Positions 26,593 to 32,000 of a stretch of 32,000 bases of DNA are shown here, one piece after another; the first letter of the stretch is position 1, and each line of letters opens with the position of its first letter. A model generated the notes under the pieces. That model searched no databases. It was not told the origin of the DNA and saw only the letters and a list, made by a program, of their open reading frames with translations. Source of the stretch: Ktedonobacterales bacterium (lineage in GTDB: Bacteria > Chloroflexota > Ktedonobacteria > Ktedonobacterales > JADMIN01); the NCBI GenBank assembly GCA_030167145.1, contig CP126532.1:4560001-4592000 (forward strand), in the 5' to 3' direction. The position numbers and the translations under genes were made by a program.

Positions 26593-28437
26593 CTACGCAA
26601 CGTGCTCACCACCATGTTGTTTTTGCCACAAATGCGTATACAGTCCGTCCTGGCGTAACAATTGGTCATGGGTACCCTCTTCGATCACACGGCCACCGTC
26701 GAGCACATAAACACGGTCCGCTCGCTGAATTGTCGAGAGCCGGTGCGTCACCGCAACCACCGTGCGATGCTGCGCCAGCCGTTCGAGCGTCGCGGTAATC
26801 GCCGCTTCGGTGCGCGCGTCCAGATCATTGGTCGGCTCGTCCACGAGCAAGATTGCCGGGTTGCGAAGGATCGCCCGCGCGATAGAGATACGCTGCCGCT
26901 GCCCGCCCGAAAGCATGCCGCCCATCTCGCCAGCCGGGGTATCGTAGCCTAACGGCAGCGCGAGAATCGCATCATGAATCTCCGCCGCTTTGGTCGCCGC
27001 CTCGATCTCTTCGTTGGTGGCGTCCAGCTTGCTCAGCCGGATATTTTCGCGGATGGTCGTGTTGAACAGGAAGGTCTCTTGAAGCACCGCCGCCATCTGC
27101 GCGTGCAGCGAATCCTGAGTTACGGCGCGCACATCCTGCCCATCTACCATCACTGCGCCCGCCGTGGGATCATAAAAGCGCGCGAGCAGACTCAGAAGTG
27201 TTGATTTGCCCGCGCCGGTCGGCCCGACAAATGCCACATACCGGCCCGCCGGAATCTCCACCGTGATGTCCCGCAACACCGGATGCTGGTTGTCGTAGCT
27301 GAAGCTCACATCCGCGAAGCGGATAGATTCAGCCAGCCTCGGCAGCGCCGTCGCGTCTGGCGCATCGGCCACCTCTACCGGCTCGGCAAGTAGCTCATCT
27401 ATCCGCTGTATGCCGCCGCCAGCCGCGATCACGCTTGGCATCACCTTCTTGCTCAGGCTATACGCATCTCCCGTCACATCTATCAGCAGCAGAATGAAGG
27501 CGACCAGCGTGCCAATCGTCATCACCCCATTGAATGCCAGCACTGCTCCCAGGCCAATCACCAGCAGCGAGGCCAGACGCACGCCCAGGCTCGATGTCGT
27601 GCCGACGAGCGAACTGAGGAAGGTCGCCTTCACGGTGCGCTTGAAAAGATCGCCAAGTTGATTCCCCAGCCGCCCCAGCATCGTCCGTTGCAGGCCAAAG
27701 ACCTTGACGATTTCTTGCGCCTGCGCGTTCTCCTGCACGCCACTCGCCAGCGCCGCCTGCTCGCGCTTCAGCCGGAAGAACGCCCGTGACGCGCGCGGTG
27801 CGAGCAGCGCTGGACCAATCGTCACCAGTGGCGTCGCCAGCACCACGATCAGCGCCAGCCGCCACTGCAAAATGAAGAGCGTCGGCACGTTGATCAGCAG
27901 GCCAATTAACGCCAGATTCCCATCAGTGAACCGAACGGTCAGCCCTTTATCAATTTCCGACAGGTCGCTGGTGAAGCGGGCAACAATATCGCCCGAGTGC
28001 GCGCGGTCGTAGTAGTTCATTGAGAGCCGCTGCATGTGCGTGAACATTTGGCCGCGCAGATCATTCAGGATGTGCGCCCCCACACGCGCCACCAGATAAT
28101 CGCCCAGGATCGTCGCGCCAGCGGCAATCAGATAGGCTACGGTCAGTTGGCCGAGAATCTCAGCCAGCAGCGCTCCATTCCGCGCTATCAACACTTGATC
28201 GGTTATGCGACCGATGCTCAGGTCATAGAACGTGCTGAATAGCTCTTGCAGCGTCATCAGCACCAGCACCACTACGCCGGTCTTCCAGTACGGCCGCCAG
28301 AAGATGAGGCCGCGTTTCAGCACCGCACGAATCGTCATCGCCGTGATACGTTTCTCAGGCAAAGTGGCCAGACGTTGTCCATCAACCTCCGCGACCGATG
28401 GCGAAGAATGGGAGGGAGTCGCGAGCTGAGTTGCCAT
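26593..28437 (-). CDS. ABC exporter, fused permease/ATPase (MsbA/MdlB-like)
   Basis: Trimmed to ATG 28437 with GAGG 5 nt upstream. Six N-terminal TM segments. Walker A GPTGAGKST, signature LSGGQRQR, Walker B ILLVDEPT. Confidence 0.85.
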   Translation of the reverse strand: MATQLATPSHSSPSVAEVDGQRLATLPEKRITAMTIRAVLKRGLIFWRPYWKTGVVVLVLMTLQELFSTFYDLSIGRITDQVLIARNGALLAEILGQLTVAYLIAAGATILGDYLVARVGAHILNDLRGQMFTHMQRLSMNYYDRAHSGDIVARFTSDLSEIDKGLTVRFTDGNLALIGLLINVPTLFILQWRLALIVVLATPLVTIGPALLAPRASRAFFRLKREQAALASGVQENAQAQEIVKVFGLQRTMLGRLGNQLGDLFKRTVKATFLSSLVGTTSSLGVRLASLLVIGLGAVLAFNGVMTIGTLVAFILLLIDVTGDAYSLSKKVMPSVIAAGGGIQRIDELLAEPVEVADAPDATALPRLAESIRFADVSFSYDNQHPVLRDITVEIPAGRYVAFVGPTGAGKSTLLSLLARFYDPTAGAVMVDGQDVRAVTQDSLHAQMAAVLQETFLFNTTIRENIRLSKLDATNEEIEAATKAAEIHDAILALPLGYDTPAGEMGGMLSGGQRQRISIARAILRNPAILLVDEPTNDLDARTEAAITATLERLAQHRTVVAVTHRLSTIQRADRVYVLDGGRVIEEGTHDQLLRQDGLYTHLWQKQHGGEHVA

Positions 28438-29309
28438 ACAGACCTCACAGTGGGGCGCAGGCTCCGCCGTCTTGTCGAAATACAGGCGATTCGCCAGATG
28501 AGTGAACCGCCTACCAACGACTTGGTACTCGAATCTACATGACATTCGGGTGGTGCGAGGAGAACCACCCATCTACGGCGCGAACACTCAGCGCAGGAAA
28601 CCAATGCGCCGCGATTCTGGCGATGCATTTCTTATTCTTGCCCCGAAGCTGAGTTGCGCCACAATCCTTGCGCCGGTGTATCCGCTAGCTTGGCCGATTT
28701 CGCGGATATACATCTTCATACGCGACGATGCTACGCTCAACCGCTGGCACCGAGGCAGAGACATCTGCGAGCAACGTACCAGCACTATACGAGCACAACA
28801 CTCGGCTAGCTCGGTTTATCGGGGTACATCAGGAGAACAGTCTACACCACGAATCCTACACCAGGCACGTATGGGCAGAGCGGTATGTACAGGGTATCTC
28901 TCGGAGCATCCTTCTCCGGCGGTGGCCATCCAATGAACGGTAGCAGCACATGCGCTTCCCAGACCGCTGTCTAAGAACCGAACATGCGCGGAATGGACAC
29001 AAAGATTGTTAACATGTCATTAACATAAAATGTGATGCAATGCAAGTGCATCAAGTCGCCATCCATCGGGCTATCTGCCGCTTCATCATACCTAAGCCGT
29101 TCAGCCTACTTCAGCATTTCAGCCTTTTCACGCTCTGCCATCGCATGGCACGGCAAAACACTGTAAGTAGAAATGCTTATCCGTTGAGGCCACGTCTTAT
29201 GCTCTGCTCTTGTGCTCTGCCTGCTTCGCCTCACACGCTATACCTGTGCTATGCTGAACGGCAAAGACCCGCATCCACCCGCCACCAGCGGAGAAGCCAG
29301 GAGCATACC

Positions 29310-30479
29310 GTGCAGTTGTCAGACCGCCTGCAAAGTCTTCCACCCTACCACTTCGCCGAATATGCCCGCAAGATCGCCGAGAAGCGCGCCGCAGGCGTAG
29401 ATGTCATCAGCCTCTCGATGGGCGATCCCGACCTTCCTACCCCACCGGAAGTGCTTGATGCCCTGGCCGAAGCCGCGCGCCAGCAAGTGAACCAGCGCTA
29501 CCCCGAATACGCTGGCATGCCCGAACTACGCGCCGCCTTCGCCGCGTGGTTTGCCCAGCGCTTCGGCGTGGAACTCGATCCTGCTCGCGAAACGTTGCCG
29601 CTGATCGGCTCGAAAGAGGGCCTGGCGCACCTGCCCATGGCGGTTATCAATCCTGGCGATGTCGCGTTGATGCCCGACCCGCAGTACCCTGTGTATGGCA
29701 CTGCTGTCGCGCTGGCGGGCGGTGTCAGCTATGACCTCCCGCTGGATCACGAACGCGACTGGCTGCCCAACCTGGCCGCCATCCCGACGGATGTGGCGGC
29801 GCGTGCGCGCACACTCTGGCTCAACTATCCCAACAATCCTACCGGCGGCACGGCGACGCTCGCCTTCTATGAAGAGGCCGTCCACTTCGCTCGCCAGCAC
29901 GATATCCTCATCATCAATGACATGGCCTATTCCGAGGTTGCCTACGACGGCTACCGTCCGCCGAGCATCCTCGAAGTGCCGGGCGCAAAAGATGTCGCGG
30001 TCGAACTCTACTCCTTCTCCAAGGCGTACAATATGGCGGGCTTCCGTATCGGCATGTTCGTCGGCAACGCCAGCATCGTCGAAGGCATGACTCGCCTCAA
30101 GAGCAACATTGATACTGGCATTTTTCGCCCGATCCAGGTTGCCGCCATCCGTGCGCTGGCGCTGCCAGAGAGCTGGATCGCCGAGCGCAACGCCATCTAC
30201 CAGCGCCGCCGTGACCGCATCGTCGCCGCCTGCCATCAGGCGGGCATGGCCGCGCCGCTGCCCAAAGCCGGCCTCTACGTCTGGCCGCGCATCCCCGCTG
30301 GCCGCGTCTCCACCCAGTTCGCACTCGACCTGCTCGACTCCACCGGTGTCGCCGTCACTCCCGGCAGCAACTTCGGCCCAGGCGGAGAAGGCTACGTCCG
30401 CATCTCGCTCACCGTACCCGACGCCCGCATTGACGACGCCGTCGCGCGCATCGCAGGCGCCGTCGCGTCCCTAGCGTGA
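29310..30479 (+). CDS. dapL: class I/II aminotransferase, LL-diaminopimelate aminotransferase-like
   Basis: Trimmed to GTG 29310 with AGGAG 6 nt upstream. N-terminus: LSDRLQSLPPYHFAEYARKIAEKRAAGVDVISLSMGDPDLPTP. PLP-Lys motif SFSKAYNMAGFRIG. The ORF-track N-terminal 90 aa look non-coding. Confidence 0.8.
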   Translation: MQLSDRLQSLPPYHFAEYARKIAEKRAAGVDVISLSMGDPDLPTPPEVLDALAEAARQQVNQRYPEYAGMPELRAAFAAWFAQRFGVELDPARETLPLIGSKEGLAHLPMAVINPGDVALMPDPQYPVYGTAVALAGGVSYDLPLDHERDWLPNLAAIPTDVAARARTLWLNYPNNPTGGTATLAFYEEAVHFARQHDILIINDMAYSEVAYDGYRPPSILEVPGAKDVAVELYSFSKAYNMAGFRIGMFVGNASIVEGMTRLKSNIDTGIFRPIQVAAIRALALPESWIAERNAIYQRRRDRIVAACHQAGMAAPLPKAGLYVWPRIPAGRVSTQFALDLLDSTGVAVTPGSNFGPGGEGYVRISLTVPDARIDDAVARIAGAVASLA

Positions 30480-30497
30480 CGCTCCCACTCCAATAGC

Positions 30498-30546
30498 AAT
30501 CCCGTTCGACCACACTACCGGCAAGGCGCCATGGTCGAACGGGATT
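30498..30546. terminator. hairpin between the convergent aminotransferase and leuS genes
   Basis: Perfect 14-bp stem AATCCCGTTCGACC (30498-30511) / GGTCGAACGGGATT (30533-30546). The loop is large (21 nt) and there is no strong T-tract, so terminator function is uncertain. Confidence 0.5.
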
Positions 30547-30560
30547 TCGCATCTATCCTG

Positions 30561-32000
30561 TTACGCTGTCACGATATTCACCAGACGTTCTGGCACATAG
30601 ATTACCTGCCGTATTGGCGCATCCCCTATCGCCCGTCGCGCCTTCTCGGCGTCGCGCGCCATCTGTGTCACCTCCGCCTCAGTGGCTTCCGCCGCCACTT
30701 CGACGCGGTCGCGCATCCGCCCATTCACCTGCACGATGATCGTCAGCGTCTCCGCACGCAGCGCACTCGCGTCCACCTCTGGCCAGCGCTGCGTGTGGAT
30801 CGAACTTCTATGCCCCAGCCGGTGCCACAGTTCGTCCGTCACGAATGGCGCGAACGGCGCCAGCAGCAGCAGCAGCGTCTCGCTCTCTGCGCGTGTCACT
30901 TGCTCCGCCCGCTCCAGCCCGTTCAGATATTTCATCAGCGCCGCGATTGCCGTGTTGTACTTCAGCGCCTCGGTATCCACCGTCACACGCTGGATCGTCG
31001 CATGTTGTATCCGCCGCGCCTCGCCGGTGGGCGCGTGCTTTGGCGCCGTTGCCGCGTGCGCCGTCACCAACTGCCACACGCGATCCAGGAAGCGCGTCAC
31101 CCCGCCCAGCCCGCGGTCAGTGAAGTCGCCGCCACTCTCATACGGCCCCATGAACATCAGATACGTGCGGAAAGCGTCTGCCCCGTGCTGCGCGATGTAG
31201 CCGTCCGGCGAGATATACGTCTCCGGGCGGCTCTTGCTGATCTTCATGCCATTCACCGTCATCATCCCGTTCGCCCGGAAGCGTGGGAATGGCTCCGCGA
31301 AGTCCAGATAGCCCAGATCATGCAGCGCCATAGTGATGAAGCGCACATACAACAGGTGCAGCACACTATGCTCAGCACCGCCAACATACATCTTTGCCGG
31401 CAGCCACTTCCGCGTCAGTTCCGGGTTCCACGGCTCCCGCTCATCGTCGCTCGATGGGTAGCGCAGGAAATACCACGCTGAATCCAGGAAGTTGTCGCTC
31501 ACATCCGTCTCGCGCCGCGCGGCCTTCCCGCAGATCGGGCACGTCGTATTGACGAACTCTCCGTCGGCGGCCAGCGGCGAAATACCTGTTCCCGTCGGGC
31601 GGTAGTCCTCCACATACGGCAGCACCACCGGCAACTGGTCCTCCGGCACGGGCACCGCGCCGTGGTCGGGACAATAGATAATCGGGATCGGCGGACCCCA
31701 ATACCGCTGGCGGCTAATCAGCCAGTCGCGCAGATGATATTTCACGCTGCGCACGCCGATGCCTCGCGCCTCCATCTCCGCCGCGATGGCCTCGCTCGCC
31801 TCCGCTGATGTCTGGCCCGTGTATGCGCCAGAGTTCACCAGCACCCCCACATCTGTAAACGCCTCCTGCGCCTCGTCACCAGCCATCTCGGCATCGTCGC
31901 TCACGCTAGCGGACCGCACCACCTGGCGCACCGGCAGCCCCATCGCCCGCGCGAATGCCCAGTCGCGCGCATCGTGCGCGGGCACCGCCATGATTGCTCC
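30561..32000 (-). CDS. leuS: leucine--tRNA ligase, C-terminal ~479 aa (5' end beyond the right window edge)
   Basis: The reading frame is open to position 32000. AVPAHDARDWAFA, the KMSKS-like GMKISKS, and a C-terminal anticodon-binding region typical of LeuRS. Confidence 0.95.
   Translation of the reverse strand, partial: GAIMAVPAHDARDWAFARAMGLPVRQVVRSASVSDDAEMAGDEAQEAFTDVGVLVNSGAYTGQTSAEASEAIAAEMEARGIGVRSVKYHLRDWLISRQRYWGPPIPIIYCPDHGAVPVPEDQLPVVLPYVEDYRPTGTGISPLAADGEFVNTTCPICGKAARRETDVSDNFLDSAWYFLRYPSSDDEREPWNPELTRKWLPAKMYVGGAEHSVLHLLYVRFITMALHDLGYLDFAEPFPRFRANGMMTVNGMKISKSRPETYISPDGYIAQHGADAFRTYLMFMGPYESGGDFTDRGLGGVTRFLDRVWQLVTAHAATAPKHAPTGEARRIQHATIQRVTVDTEALKYNTAIAALMKYLNGLERAEQVTRAESETLLLLLAPFAPFVTDELWHRLGHRSSIHTQRWPEVDASALRAETLTIIVQVNGRMRDRVEVAAEATEAEVTQMARDAEKARRAIGDAPIRQVIYVPERLVNIVTA

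Noticed and set aside
28588-28785. 65-aa minus-strand ORF upstream of the ABC exporter, considered as a possible RiPP precursor for the ATP-grasp ligase.
   Set aside because: No RBS, several rare codons (AGA, ATA, AAT, AGG), a basic low-complexity sequence, and no repeated Thr/Ser-Asp/Glu core typical of graspetide precursors.
28898-28904. A second CCGAGAG heptamer (minus strand), which hints at another ykkC-like element upstream of the ABC exporter.
   Set aside because: There is no accompanying CUAGGGUUCCG or AAAAGCCCGG block, and no closing helix or terminator nearby. It is probably a chance match.

Overview
GC-rich bacterial chromosomal window, read by eye only. GGAGG-type ribosome-binding sites and a T-box leader suggest a Terrabacteria or Chloroflexota-like organism, but that is inference. 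Most of the window is ordinary housekeeping: trpE (partial), trpS, alaS, lysA, leuS (partial), tlyA, RNase HI, mogA and a DapL-type aminotransferase. It also holds two glycosyltransferases, an ECF sigma/anti-sigma pair, a WYL regulator, an F420/LLM oxidoreductase, an ATP-grasp ligase with an ABC exporter, and a cytosine permease plus Fcy1-type cytosine deaminase pair. I found no rRNA, tRNA, CRISPR array, transposase or integrase. The interesting content is non-coding. (1) The 785-bp gap between mogA and the cytosine permease carries, on the minus strand, the ordered conserved blocks of a ykkC-class (guanidine-I family) riboswitch. They come with a closing P1 helix, unusually expanded peripheral hairpins, and an intrinsic terminator whose 5' arm overlaps the 3' aptamer block. 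Several core positions deviate from the guanidine-I consensus, and the downstream genes are a cytosine salvage pair, so this may be a variant-specificity riboswitch with an unusual regulon. (2) A complete Trp-specific T-box leader precedes trpS, and trpE follows trpS with no terminator between them. (3) alaS has a terminator-like hairpin in its leader. (4) An 870-bp lower-GC non-coding gap upstream of the ABC exporter/ATP-grasp pair remains unexplained. All calls need computational confirmation (Infernal/Rfam, HMM searches), which I could not run.
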